The translations under genes and the position numbers were made by a program. This document shows positions 41,922 to 51,616 of a DNA stretch of 64,000 nt, piece after piece. A model generated the notes under the pieces. The model worked only from the letters and a program-made list of their open reading frames with translations, did not search any database and was not told where the DNA came from. How positions within the stretch are numbered: the stretch's first letter is position 1; each line of letters starts with the position of its first letter. This DNA comes from an uncultured Chloroflexia bacterium (GTDB lineage: Bacteria; Chloroflexota; Limnocylindria; Limnocylindrales; CSP1-4), in contig CAVVCZ010000002.1 of NCBI GenBank assembly GCA_963746845.1, positions 96,001 to 160,000 on the forward strand. The letters run 5' to 3'.

Positions 41922-42029
41922 TGGTTGCCCCCTCGGCCGTCGGTTCCATGGATGAGGACGTGCCACTGGGCGATGAAATCGGAAGGAAGGGCGGGAACCG
42001 ACTGAGGCGCGGATGCTCCGGCGCGGACA

Positions 42030-42055
42030 TTGCAATCAACCTTGCATCGTTGCAA
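42030..42055. promoter_or_regulatory. Three TTGCA boxes upstream of Tad cassette 3
   Basis: TTGCAA 42030, TTGCAT 42042, TTGCAA 42050; flanks GGAC and GGCGCAC also occur at cassette 1. Confidence 0.6.
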
Positions 42056-42149
42056 TGGCGCACCGTGCGGGACGGGAATGGTGCGGTCCGGTGCGGATGA
42101 GGCCAGTACGTCGGTCCGGGGTGCCACCGGGACCATCGGCGGGCGACGG

Positions 42150-43003
42150 TCAGGGAGCCTTCGGGTCGACGAATCGGCAGCGGTCGCGGATGGGGCAGAG
42201 CTCGTGCTTCGGGCTGCGGGCCTGGCAGATCGCCCGGCCGTGGTGGATCAGCAGGACGTGCGTCTCGTACGACCGATCGGGCGTGTCGGCGAGCATCGCG
42301 AGGAACGCATCGTGGGCGAGGTCCGGCATCGCCTTCGCGGGCAGCAGGCCGATCCGCTTGGACACCCGCTCGACGTGCCGGTCGACCGGCATGAGCGGCT
42401 GGTCGAAGCAGAAGAGGAGCAGGACCGAGGCGGTCTTCTTGCCGATCCCGGGGATCGCGGTCAGCCAGTCGCGGGCGGCGATCGGCGCCATCTCGCCGAG
42501 GAACTCGAGGGAGTAGTCGCCGCGCTCCTCGCGGATCTTGCGCAGGGTCGCCTGGATCCGCGGCGCCTTCTGATTGGCGAGGCCGCCCGGCCGGATGACG
42601 TCGACCAGGTCCTCGATCGGTGCCGCCTCGACGGCGGCCCAGTCCGGCGGCGCGCCGTCCGGCAGCCCGTCGCCGCCCCAGCCGACGCCCGGGCTCGTGA
42701 TGCTCCTCGGCGAGGCCGGACGGGATACGCGGCGCGCAGGGCGACGAAGGCGGTCTCGGCGTTGATGTCGGCGGTGTTCTGGGTGAGGATCGTGAGGATC
42801 AGCTCGGACGTCGGGTCGAGCCGGCGCTGCCAGACCTGCGGTCCGTACAGCTCGGTCAGCCGGTCGAGGGTGTCGTCCAGCAGGTGCGGCCGGTAGCGGG
42901 TCAGCCGGCGCGCCCAGGCAATCGCGGGATCCGGCTTCGCGCGCTTGCGCTTCTTCGGCTTCGCCCGGGGCTTCGTGGACGCCACGGTCCTGGTGGGGCT
43001 CAC
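42150..43003 (-). CDS. nth: Endonuclease III family HhH-GPD glycosylase (frameshift near 42720)
   Basis: LILTILTQNT; IPGIGKKTA; PVDRHVERV; C-x6-H-x2-C-x5-C. Confidence 0.85.
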
Positions 43004-44130
43004 GACCGGGATGATGCGGCAACGAGCTCGCCGGTGGTGACCAGCCTGGCGATCCGCTCGCCGCAGCGCTCGACCGGCGCGGCGCCGGCGGCCATCGCCG
43101 CCTCGACCATTTGCGGGCGCTCCGTGACCGGTACGGTCACGACGTCGACGGCCGCAAGGGCCTCGATCCCTTCCGGCTCGACCCCACCGCCGACCGCGAT
43201 GCAGGCCACGCCGGCCGCCCGGGCCCGGCGGGCGACGCCGAGCGCCGTCTTGCCGAACGCGGTCTGGGCGTCGATCCGCCCCTCGCCGGTGATCACGAGA
43301 TCGGCCCGGGCCAGCTTGGCGTCGAAGCCGGCGGCCTCCATGACGAGGTCCACGCCGGGCCGGAGGCGAAGCGATCGGAACCGGTCCGTCAGGCACAGGA
43401 GGCCGAAGCCCGTCCCACCCGCGGCGCCCGCGCCCGGCGTGTCCCGCTCGCGTCGGCCCGTCGCTCCCTCGAGGCGGTCGGCCCAGGCTTCGAGCCGCTG
43501 ATCCAGCTCGACGACCTGGTCGGGGGTGGCGCCCTTCTGCGGCCCGTAGGTCGCCGCGGCGCCTGTCGGCCCGAGGAGCGGGTTCGTGACGTCGCAGGCG
43601 ATCTCGAGATCCACCTCCGCGAGCCGCCCGTCGAGACCGGACAGGTCGACCTGCGTGCCGTCGTCGCGCGCGCCAAGCGCCTCCAGGATGCCGGCGGCCC
43701 CGTCGGTCGTGGCACTGCCGCCGATCCCGAGGACGATCCGCCGGATGCCACCGGCGACGGCCTTCTCGACGAGCCGACCCGTCCCGCGCGTCGAGGCCGC
43801 GAGGGGATCGTGCGCCCCGGGCGTGACTCGTGACAGGCCCGATGCCTCGGCCAGCTCGATGTACGCGCGCGCTCCGTCGTCCGAGCGAAGCCAACCGGCA
43901 TTGACGTCCGGACCGAGCGGTCCCGCGACGGTCGCCTGGATCCACTCCCACCCGCCGGCGAACGCGATCGCGTGGATCGAGCCCTCGCCACCGTCGCCGA
44001 GCGGCGCGTGCTCGACGACGTCGTCGGGCCGCGCCCGCGACCACCCGGCGGCGAGCGCCCGCGCGACCTCGACCGAGGTCAGCGACCCCTTGAACGAGTC
44101 GGGGGCGAACAGGACCGTGAGCGACCTCAC
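43000..44130 (-). CDS. glxK: Glycerate kinase
   Basis: APDSFKGSL, DGGEG, GIGGSATTDG, CDVTNPLLG, YGPQKGA, TGEGRID. Confidence 0.93.
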   Translation of the reverse strand: MRSLTVLFAPDSFKGSLTSVEVARALAAGWSRARPDDVVEHAPLGDGGEGSIHAIAFAGGWEWIQATVAGPLGPDVNAGWLRSDDGARAYIELAEASGLSRVTPGAHDPLAASTRGTGRLVEKAVAGGIRRIVLGIGGSATTDGAAGILEALGARDDGTQVDLSGLDGRLAEVDLEIACDVTNPLLGPTGAAATYGPQKGATPDQVVELDQRLEAWADRLEGATGRRERDTPGAGAAGGTGFGLLCLTDRFRSLRLRPGVDLVMEAAGFDAKLARADLVITGEGRIDAQTAFGKTALGVARRARAAGVACIAVGGGVEPEGIEALAAVDVVTVPVTERPQMVEAAMAAGAAPVERCGERIARLVTTGELVAASSRS

Positions 44131-44672
44131 GTCCGGAGGTCCTTGTAGAAGTACGTCGTGTCCGAGAGGTCGCCCGCCGCCGTCAGGGCGTGGTTCGGCA
44201 CCTCGCCGAACGGCACCCAGCCGAGGCGTCGGTACAGGCGGTCGGCATCGCTGCCGGTCGTCGTGTCGAGGATCAGGAGCCAGCGGCCGTCGCCTCGGGC
44301 GAGGTCCTCGACGGCGGCCATCAGCCCGGCCCCGATCCCGCGGCGGCGCGCGCGACGATGGACGAGCACCTTGGCGATCTCCGCGCGATGCGCCGAATTC
44401 GGATTCCGGGATGGGACCAACAGGACGCAGCCGACGACCTCGCCGCCGAGATGCGCGACGATCGGCCGGATCACCCCCGACGCCACGTCGCCGGCCCGGC
44501 CGGTCCAGTACGCGGCCGCGTCGGCGACCGCGAAGGGCCGGACGAAGTTGACCGACGCGCCCGAGTCGACCGCGTCGGCAAGGAGCTCGGCGAGGGCCGG
44601 GACGACCGCAGGGAACGCCGCGTCGTCCACGACCTCGTAGCTGACCGCGCCGGCCATCGGGCCGGCCATCAC
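44127..44672 (-). CDS. GNAT N-acetyltransferase
   Basis: HRAEIAKVLVHRRARRRGIG; LDT..GSDA..LY..LGW. Confidence 0.88.
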   Translation of the reverse strand: MMAGPMAGAVSYEVVDDAAFPAVVPALAELLADAVDSGASVNFVRPFAVADAAAYWTGRAGDVASGVIRPIVAHLGGEVVGCVLLVPSRNPNSAHRAEIAKVLVHRRARRRGIGAGLMAAVEDLARGDGRWLLILDTTTGSDADRLYRRLGWVPFGEVPNHALTAAGDLSDTTYFYKDLRT

Positions 44673-46651
44673 CGCCCGACGGGTTCGAGCGCCTCGGCTC
44701 CGAGGCCGAGGCCGCCGTGGCCGCCCGCGCCGTTCGATCCGTCGTGCGCCCGCCGCCGCTCCAGGTACTCGGGGATCCGGATCATCGGCGGCCGCTCCTG
44801 GTCGGCCAGCTCGATGACCTCGAGCGACAGCCGGCCGCGACCCGATCGCGGCAGCTTCATCGTCGAGCCGAGCTCCGCGAACAGCCGCGCCTTGCGCCGC
44901 TCCTCCAGCCGCTTCATCACCGCCTGGAGGATCACGAAGGACATCCGCGACAGCCCCTCCAGCTCCTGGTTGCGGTGGACTCGCCGCTCCAGATCGACCT
45001 GGCCCAGGCCCTCGATCCCGACCCGCTCCGCCGCGTCGATCAGGTGTCCGATCTCGACCGCGTAGCCGGTGAAGAACGGGATGCTCTCCAGCAGCGCGCG
45101 GCGCCCCGCGTACTCGCCGGACAGCGGCTGGATCATCCCCGACAGCTCCGGAAAGAACAGGTTGATGAGCGGCCGCGCGACCAGCTCGGTGACCCGGCCG
45201 CCGCCGCCCTCCTTGAGCACGCCCCCCTCGACGATCGGGCGCTGGTAGTAGCCCTTCACGTACTGGAGACGCGGCTCGTGGAGCAGAGGGCCGAGCGTCC
45301 CGTACACCATCCGCGGGTGCCAGTTCCGGACATCCGTGTCGGCCCAGACGATGATGTCGCCGCTCGTCTCGTGGAGCGACTTCCAGAGCGCCTCGCCCTT
45401 GCCCCGGAAGGACCCATATCGCGACAGCACGTCCGGGTGCTGGATCACCCGCGCGCCCTCGGCCTCCGCGATCTCGCGCGTCCGGTCGGTGGACGCGGAG
45501 TCGATGACGAGGATCTCGTCGACCAGCGGTACGCGGCCCATCATCTCCCGGATCGCGCGGCGGACGATCGGCCCGATCGTCTCCTCCTCGTTGAGCGTCG
45601 GCAGCACCAGCGACACGCTGACGCCCTGCTTCTCCTTGAGCTGGACGAGCCGGCGGAGGTCCGAGAACTCCGCGTGGTGGAAGTTCGACTCGCCGAACCA
45701 GCGCTCGACCCGGATCGGGACGGCGCGAGCCTCCTCGGCGGCGCGGTCGGCCGCGGCAAGGGTCTCGGCACGGGATGCGAGCTGCTCGAAGGTGGCCCGG
45801 CCGATGACCTCGCGGGTCTTGACGACGATCACCGTCGGGCGGGCGCGGGTCGCGATCGCCTCCGGCAGTGCGCCGAACAGGTACGGCTCGCCATCCGATC
45901 CGGCCGGCTGGGCGGAAGCGCCCATGACCACGAGGTCCGCGCGCTCCGCCTCGCGGAGGATCGCGTTGCGGACGTTCGCCGCCTCCCGGACGATCCCTTC
46001 GCCGCGGCCCTTCAGGTGCTGGCGGATGAACTGGGCCAGGGCGTGCTCCGCCTGGGCGCGGACGGCCAGCGTGATCCCGGGCGGGACGAAGTGCAGGACG
46101 GCGACCGTCGCGCCCGTTCGCTGGGCGATCGCGTTCGCGTAGCGGACGGCCAATTCGGCGTGGGGGCCGCCCCGGACCGGGACGACGATCCGGCGGATCT
46201 CCTTGCTGCCGCGCTGCTTGACGACGGCGATGTCGGCGGGGGCATCGCGGACCACCTCGTCGATCGTCGGCGAGATGACCGAGCCGCCATCACGACCGGC
46301 AGGCGCCTTTCCGCCCCAGCCGAAGATGATGAGATCCGCCTCCTGCTCCGCGGACGCTTCGATGATCCCCTCGGCCGCATGCCGGCCGATCCGGACGATC
46401 GGGTGGATCGCGGTTCCGTCGGGAGCGAAGTCGAGGACCCGCTGGAGCAGCCGCCGCGCGTGCCGCGCCCGGGTGGCGCCCTCGCTGAGCGGCATGCCCT
46501 CGGGGACCTCGACGATGCCGAGGGCCGTCAGCTCGCCCGCCCGCGGGTCGAGGAGCGCGGCTCCGAGCCGGATCAGCTCCTCCGCTGTCGCGGGGTTGGC
46601 GACCGGGATCAGGATCCGGGCGGGCAGGGGCCCGCGGGCCGCGGCGTTCAT
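44669..46651 (-). CDS. gpgS: Glucosyl-3-phosphoglycerate synthase fused to two N-terminal USP domains
   Basis: ILIPVANP and IVVPVRGGPHA USP starts; then PTLNEEETI, GKGEALW, DTD, GGRVTELVARP, QPLSGEY, RVHRNQ. Confidence 0.85.
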   Translation of the reverse strand: MNAAARGPLPARILIPVANPATAEELIRLGAALLDPRAGELTALGIVEVPEGMPLSEGATRARHARRLLQRVLDFAPDGTAIHPIVRIGRHAAEGIIEASAEQEADLIIFGWGGKAPAGRDGGSVISPTIDEVVRDAPADIAVVKQRGSKEIRRIVVPVRGGPHAELAVRYANAIAQRTGATVAVLHFVPPGITLAVRAQAEHALAQFIRQHLKGRGEGIVREAANVRNAILREAERADLVVMGASAQPAGSDGEPYLFGALPEAIATRARPTVIVVKTREVIGRATFEQLASRAETLAAADRAAEEARAVPIRVERWFGESNFHHAEFSDLRRLVQLKEKQGVSVSLVLPTLNEEETIGPIVRRAIREMMGRVPLVDEILVIDSASTDRTREIAEAEGARVIQHPDVLSRYGSFRGKGEALWKSLHETSGDIIVWADTDVRNWHPRMVYGTLGPLLHEPRLQYVKGYYQRPIVEGGVLKEGGGGRVTELVARPLINLFFPELSGMIQPLSGEYAGRRALLESIPFFTGYAVEIGHLIDAAERVGIEGLGQVDLERRVHRNQELEGLSRMSFVILQAVMKRLEERRKARLFAELGSTMKLPRSGRGRLSLEVIELADQERPPMIRIPEYLERRRAHDGSNGAGGHGGLGLGAEALEPVGR

Positions 46652-48081
46652 CGCCGGCCCGTCGCCCCGGCCGGCGCCGGAGATGCGGCGCCGCCTTCCG
46701 TGCCGTTCGTCGCCGAGGCCTCCTCCCAGCGCTGGACGAGGTACGGCTTGAGCAGCTCGAACTCGCGCGCCTGGCGCTCGACGCGGTCTTCGGCCTGCTC
46801 CGTCGTCTGGTGACGGTTCTCGATCACGAAGCTGCCCACGCGGCCGAAGTAGATCGGGACCAGGGCGGCGACCAGCCCCTCGATCGGCGGATGGTCCGAG
46901 CGAGCGTCGACGACGAGGTCGTAGATCAGTCTCGCCCACAGGTCATCGGGGAAGTGGAAGGCCGACAGCGCCTCCGCCATCTCGGCGGTCGTCGCGGAGG
47001 TCGACGTCCCGTCGCCGGCGATCCCCAACCGCGCCCGCGCCTGGTCGACGAGCGTCCCGGCCTCCGCGGCGAGGACGAAGACGGTGTCGGCGTTCGCCTT
47101 CGCGAACATCCCACGCCACGTGTCGGCGAGGGTCAGCGAGCCGGTGTGGAACTCGGTCAGGAGGCGGAGCGTGTTCACCTCGAGCGGCGGCGGGTCGATG
47201 ATCCGCTCGAACCCGTACGCCGGCACATCGTGGCTGCCGTGGATCGACAGCCAGTTCTCGGGGTGGGTCGCGGCGAGGCGGAGGATCGTCCCGACGACCT
47301 GGCGGAACATCGGGCCGAGATCGGCGCCCGGGTCCTTCGGATCGTGGACCTTCGCCCCGAGCCGGGCCTGACAGACGGCGAACCCGCCGGTCAGCGCCGA
47401 TGTCGTCATCCAGATGTCGATCCCGAACCGGCTGATGTCCTCGGTCCAGTCGTCGAGCTCCAGATAGTGCTTGACGAGGTCGCCACTCACCCCGAAGTCG
47501 CCGCCGATCGGCTGACGGATCCGGTTGCCGTACAAGGCCCGGGTCAACGGGTAGGTGACGGTGTTCGTGATCGTGCCGTCGTACTTGTAGCGGGCGTAGA
47601 GCGGGGCGACGTAGTCGTAGCCGCCCTTGACGATCGGGCCGGCGAGGAGCTCGATCCACTCCGGGATGATCGAGCGCAGGTCGCTGTCGACGACGACGAG
47701 CGCCTGGACCTCCAGCGCCGCGGCGATCTCGAAGATCGTGCGGAGCGCCGCGCCCTTGCCGCCTACGCCGTCGATCTCGGGGTAGGTCAGGCTGACCCGG
47801 GACAGCTTGTTCGTCGGGCGGACGAGAAGGATCTGCTCCACGTAGTCCGGCGGCTCGGTCTCGACGACGACACGGCTCGTGCCATCGGGTGAGCCGGCGT
47901 CGCTGTTGACGAGGACCGGGCGCAGGTCCGGGAAGTACTGGACGAGCCCGGCCTGCGCCGCGCGCACGACGTAGCCGATCGTCGCTGCGTTCTTGAACGA
48001 CGGGATCCCGACCATGATGTCCGCGTGGCCGAGCCTCGCGATCTCGTCGCGGATCGCCGGGGTCAATCCTCGTGTGGGCAC
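46648..48081 (-). CDS. GT2-fold glycosyltransferase (glucosyl/mannosylglycerate synthase-like)
   Basis: VGIPSFKNAATI, GKGAAL, VDSDLRSI, DGTITN, QPIGGDFG, FGIDIWMT, KVHDPKDP. Confidence 0.75.
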   Translation of the reverse strand: MPTRGLTPAIRDEIARLGHADIMVGIPSFKNAATIGYVVRAAQAGLVQYFPDLRPVLVNSDAGSPDGTSRVVVETEPPDYVEQILLVRPTNKLSRVSLTYPEIDGVGGKGAALRTIFEIAAALEVQALVVVDSDLRSIIPEWIELLAGPIVKGGYDYVAPLYARYKYDGTITNTVTYPLTRALYGNRIRQPIGGDFGVSGDLVKHYLELDDWTEDISRFGIDIWMTTSALTGGFAVCQARLGAKVHDPKDPGADLGPMFRQVVGTILRLAATHPENWLSIHGSHDVPAYGFERIIDPPPLEVNTLRLLTEFHTGSLTLADTWRGMFAKANADTVFVLAAEAGTLVDQARARLGIAGDGTSTSATTAEMAEALSAFHFPDDLWARLIYDLVVDARSDHPPIEGLVAALVPIYFGRVGSFVIENRHQTTEQAEDRVERQAREFELLKPYLVQRWEEASATNGTEGGAASPAPAGATGRR

Positions 48082-48181
48082 GTCCGGACCCTACCACCGT
48101 GGGTTCCGCGGCGCGCGTGACGGGCCGTTCGTCGCGCATGGGCGTCGCTGACGCACCCGCGGCGTCAAGGCGCGCAGCCCT

Positions 48182-48880
48182 CTACCTTCTCGGGATCTCG
48201 GCGATGGCCCAGTCCTGGTTCTTCTTCCCCGGGACGTAGCGGCTGTTCGCGGCCTTGAACGCGAGGCGCGTGAAGCCGACCGTGCGCCAGCCGCCGAGCC
48301 ACGCGTCGATCGGCGGCTTCACGAACACGCCGACCCGGACCAGGTGCGACTCCGTGAGCACGGACTCCAGGAGCCTGCGCCGCTCCTGCAGCGGCACGTC
48401 GCAGATCGACTCGTCGTCCAGCCACAGGAGATCGACCGCGACGAGCGCCACCGGGATGAACAGGTTGTCGGCGGTCCGTCGTTCGACCTCCTCGACATGG
48501 TCCGCCAGCTTGTCCTTCCGGTTGCCACGCTCGCCGATGACCATCGCGGTCATCGCGGTCCGCGGTTTCGGCATCATGAGCGCTTCGCGGGCGGCGACAT
48601 CGGCCGGACCCTGGAGCGGCTCGGGAGTGAGGGTCGCCTCGATGAGCAGGCTCGAACCGCCGGCGGCCACGACGAGCTCCGCCCGGATGTCGTCGTGGGC
48701 CTCGACCGGACTGCCTTCGGCGTCGGTCAGCAGCGTCTCCTCGCCGGAGACGTACGCAAGGATCCGCGGACCGGTCCAGAGCGGCTCGATGATCGGGTCG
48801 GCAACGTTCTGCGCGCGGCGGTCCCCGAACAGCTGGGGACGCCACGTCGAGGCGGCGGTCAGGACATCGCTCGCGAGCAT
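48182..48880 (-). CDS. ATP-dependent DNA ligase adenylation-domain homolog, degenerate
   Basis: IEPLWTGPR, VDLLWLDDESI..PLQERRRLLE, FKAANSRYVPGKK..W; no OB domain. Confidence 0.7.
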   Translation of the reverse strand: MLASDVLTAASTWRPQLFGDRRAQNVADPIIEPLWTGPRILAYVSGEETLLTDAEGSPVEAHDDIRAELVVAAGGSSLLIEATLTPEPLQGPADVAAREALMMPKPRTAMTAMVIGERGNRKDKLADHVEEVERRTADNLFIPVALVAVDLLWLDDESICDVPLQERRRLLESVLTESHLVRVGVFVKPPIDAWLGGWRTVGFTRLAFKAANSRYVPGKKNQDWAIAEIPRR

Positions 48881-48937
48881 CGGGCGGCCATGATACGCGG
48901 CCCCATCGCCGGCCTCGCGGCCCTCTATGATCCGCGC

Positions 48938-50329
48938 GTGACGGCGACCGACGTCCCGGTCGATGCGGGCAGCGGTGCCGCGGGCGGTACCCGGATCGGG
49001 CGTGCGCTCGGCGCCCTGACGCCATCGGGTCGGGCATCCGTCCCGGTCAGCTGGGCGCTCTACGACTTCGCGAACACGATCTACAGCTACGCGATCGTGT
49101 CGTACGCGATCGGCCTGTGGGCGGTGGATCGGCTGGGTCCCGCCGACGGCCAGTTCTGGGTCCTGCTGGCCGGCGCGATCAGCGTCCTCCTGAACGCGAT
49201 CGTGTCGCCGGTGCTCGGGGCGATGAGCGACCGGACCGGCGGCCGGATGCGCTACCTCCTGTTCTTCACGGTCATGACGATCATCGGCAGCGCCGCGATC
49301 GGCCTGACGAACTCCGCCGCGATCGGCCTGACGTTGTTCGCGATCGCCAACTTCGGGTACCAGGCAGCGCTGATCTACTACGACGCGACGCTGCCGGTCG
49401 TGTCGCTCCGGGCGTCCCGCGGCCGGGTCTCCGGGATCGGTGTCGCGGTCGGCTACCTTGGCACGATCGTCATCGCCTTGCTGATCCTTGTCCTGGACTC
49501 GAAGGCCGGACCCCTCACGTTCTTCCTCGCGGCCGGGCTGTTCGCCATCTTCGCGGTCCCGATCTTCGCGATCGTCCGCGAGCCCGCGAAGGCGGATCCG
49601 GAGCCGTTCCGGATGCGCGACGTGACCCGCTCGTGGGCCCAGCTCCGCGAATCGATCCGGCACGCGATGGCGGTCCCGGGGCTCGGCCGGTTCCTGCTCG
49701 GCCGGTTCTTCTACACGGACCCGGTCAACACCGTGATCGTCGTGATGAGCGTGTTCGCGACCCAGGCCATCGGGCTCAGCCAGAGCATGGCCAACGTCGT
49801 CCTGCTCGTGCTCACCGTCGTCGCGGTGTTTGCGAGCTTCGGCTGGGGCCAGCTCGTGGAGCGGATCGGGCCGAAGAAGACGCTGCTGATCGTCCTCGGC
49901 ACGTGGTGCGTCGGGCTCGTGGTCGCGGGCGCGGTCCTCAGCCTGCCGACGTTCCTCCTGGGTGGCGCGCTCCTCGGAGCGGGGCTCGGTGGCGTCTGGA
50001 CCTCGGACCGGGTGTTCATGCTCCGGCTGTCACCGCCCGAGCAGGTCGGAGAGTTCTTCGGGCTGTACGGGATCGCCGGCAAGTTCAGCGCCGTGACCGG
50101 GCCGATCCTGTACGGCGTGATCGTGTCCACCCTGCTCGATGCGGGCTGGGGCTCGCTCGCATACCAGGTCGGGATCTTCAGCTTCCTGATCCTGCTCGTG
50201 ATCGGCGTCTGGCTGCTCCGCGGGGTACCCGAGCCGCCGGCCGACCACTGGGACCGCGTTCTCGAGGACCTGCCCGGACCGCCGCCGGAGCGATTGGCGC
50301 CGATGACCGCGCCGACCGCGCCGCGCTGA
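48938..50329 (+). CDS. MFS transporter (UMF1/ATG22-like)
   Basis: SWALYDFAN, GRVSGIGVAVGYLG, GEFFGLY..GK; about 12 TMs. Confidence 0.88.
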   Translation: MTATDVPVDAGSGAAGGTRIGRALGALTPSGRASVPVSWALYDFANTIYSYAIVSYAIGLWAVDRLGPADGQFWVLLAGAISVLLNAIVSPVLGAMSDRTGGRMRYLLFFTVMTIIGSAAIGLTNSAAIGLTLFAIANFGYQAALIYYDATLPVVSLRASRGRVSGIGVAVGYLGTIVIALLILVLDSKAGPLTFFLAAGLFAIFAVPIFAIVREPAKADPEPFRMRDVTRSWAQLRESIRHAMAVPGLGRFLLGRFFYTDPVNTVIVVMSVFATQAIGLSQSMANVVLLVLTVVAVFASFGWGQLVERIGPKKTLLIVLGTWCVGLVVAGAVLSLPTFLLGGALLGAGLGGVWTSDRVFMLRLSPPEQVGEFFGLYGIAGKFSAVTGPILYGVIVSTLLDAGWGSLAYQVGIFSFLILLVIGVWLLRGVPEPPADHWDRVLEDLPGPPPERLAPMTAPTAPR

Positions 50330-50562
50330 TGTCCGGCCAGCGGCCGCCCGGCGTCCGGGTTGAACGCTTCATGCGCTCCCTGCTGCCGTTGGGCGTCGTG
50401 TACGCCGTCCTGGTCGCGATCGAGGTCGGTGCGACCGTGATGGACACGGCAGCGGTGACGGCCCTCCGCGTCATCACCATCCTTGTGCACGCGAGCACGG
50501 CAGTCGTCCTCATCTCGAGCGGGATCCTCTGGCGGCGCGAGCGTCGCGGAGGCGGCGCATAG
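50329..50562 (+). CDS. Small 2-TM hypothetical protein
   Basis: TGATG coupling to the MFS gene; hydrophobic. Confidence 0.5.
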   Translation: MSGQRPPGVRVERFMRSLLPLGVVYAVLVAIEVGATVMDTAAVTALRVITILVHASTAVVLISSGILWRRERRGGGA

Positions 50563-50574
50563 GCTCGCGCCGGT

Positions 50575-51582
50575 CTAGGAGATCCGCGAACCGGTCGCGG
50601 GATCCAGGTGCCGGCGGCGCCACTCCCAGGCGGAGCCGATCATCTCCTCCAGGGACGGCCGGACCGCCGTCCAGCCCAGCTCGCTCGCGGCCCGGTCGAC
50701 GGCGGCGACGAGCACCGGCGGGTCGCCCGCGCGCCGGGGCCCGGTCGTCACCGGGATCGTCCGACCCACGACCGCCTCGCAGGCAGCCAGCACCGCGCGG
50801 ACGCTGAACCCGCGGCCGATCCCCAGGTTGTACGCCACTGCGGGCGCCGCGCCATCCGCCACCGCCTCGCTCGACGCCTCGAGCGCTCGGAGGTGCGCGT
50901 CGGCGAGGTCCGCGACGTGGATGTAGTCGCGGATGCAGGTCCCGTCGGGCGTCGGATAGTCGGTGCCGAACACGGTGAACGGCGTGTCGGTCTCGGCAGC
51001 CCGAAGGACGTTCGGGATCAGATGCGTCTCGGGGTTGTGGAGCTCGCCGTTCCGCTCGGTCGCGCCGGCGACGTTGAAGTACCGGAGCGAGACGCTCCGC
51101 AGGCCGTACGCCTCGCCGTAGAAGCGGAGCGCGCCCTCGAACCCACGTTTCGTCTCGCCGTACGGATTGATGGGAGCGAGCGGCGCCGTCTCGGGAATGG
51201 GCGTCACGGACGGGACTCCGTACGTCGCGGCGGTCGAGCTGAAGACGATCCGCGCGATGCCCGTCGTGCGCGCGGCGTCGAGGAGCACGAGGCCACCGAC
51301 CACGTTCTCGCGAAAGTATCGGGCGGGGTCACGTACGGACTCGCTGACGAGCGACCGGGCCGCGCAGTGCAGGATGGCATCGACCCGGGCGCGGGCCAGG
51401 AGCCGGGCCATGGCATCGGGGTCGCCGTAGCTGCCGACGTGAAGGGAGGCGACGCCCGGCACCGCCTCGCGGTGACCCGTCGACAGGTCGTCGAGGACGA
51501 CGACCTCGTGGCCCGCCGCGACGAGCCGCTCGACGGAGACGGAGCCGACGTAGCCGGCCCCACCGGTCACGAGGATGCGCAT
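50575..51582 (-). CDS. galE: UDP-glucose 4-epimerase
   Basis: TGGAGYVG, FSSTAA, NPYGETK, LRYFNVAG, DGTCIRDYIHV. Confidence 0.93.
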   Translation of the reverse strand: MRILVTGGAGYVGSVSVERLVAAGHEVVVLDDLSTGHREAVPGVASLHVGSYGDPDAMARLLARARVDAILHCAARSLVSESVRDPARYFRENVVGGLVLLDAARTTGIARIVFSSTAATYGVPSVTPIPETAPLAPINPYGETKRGFEGALRFYGEAYGLRSVSLRYFNVAGATERNGELHNPETHLIPNVLRAAETDTPFTVFGTDYPTPDGTCIRDYIHVADLADAHLRALEASSEAVADGAAPAVAYNLGIGRGFSVRAVLAACEAVVGRTIPVTTGPRRAGDPPVLVAAVDRAASELGWTAVRPSLEEMIGSAWEWRRRHLDPATGSRIS

Positions 51583-51616
51583 CCGGACCTCCGGGTCATG
51601 GGCATCGACGGCGCCA

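Noticed and set aside
32103-42055. TTGC boxes as sigma54 promoters
   Set aside because: No TGGCAC -24 element and inconsistent GG-N10-GC spacing
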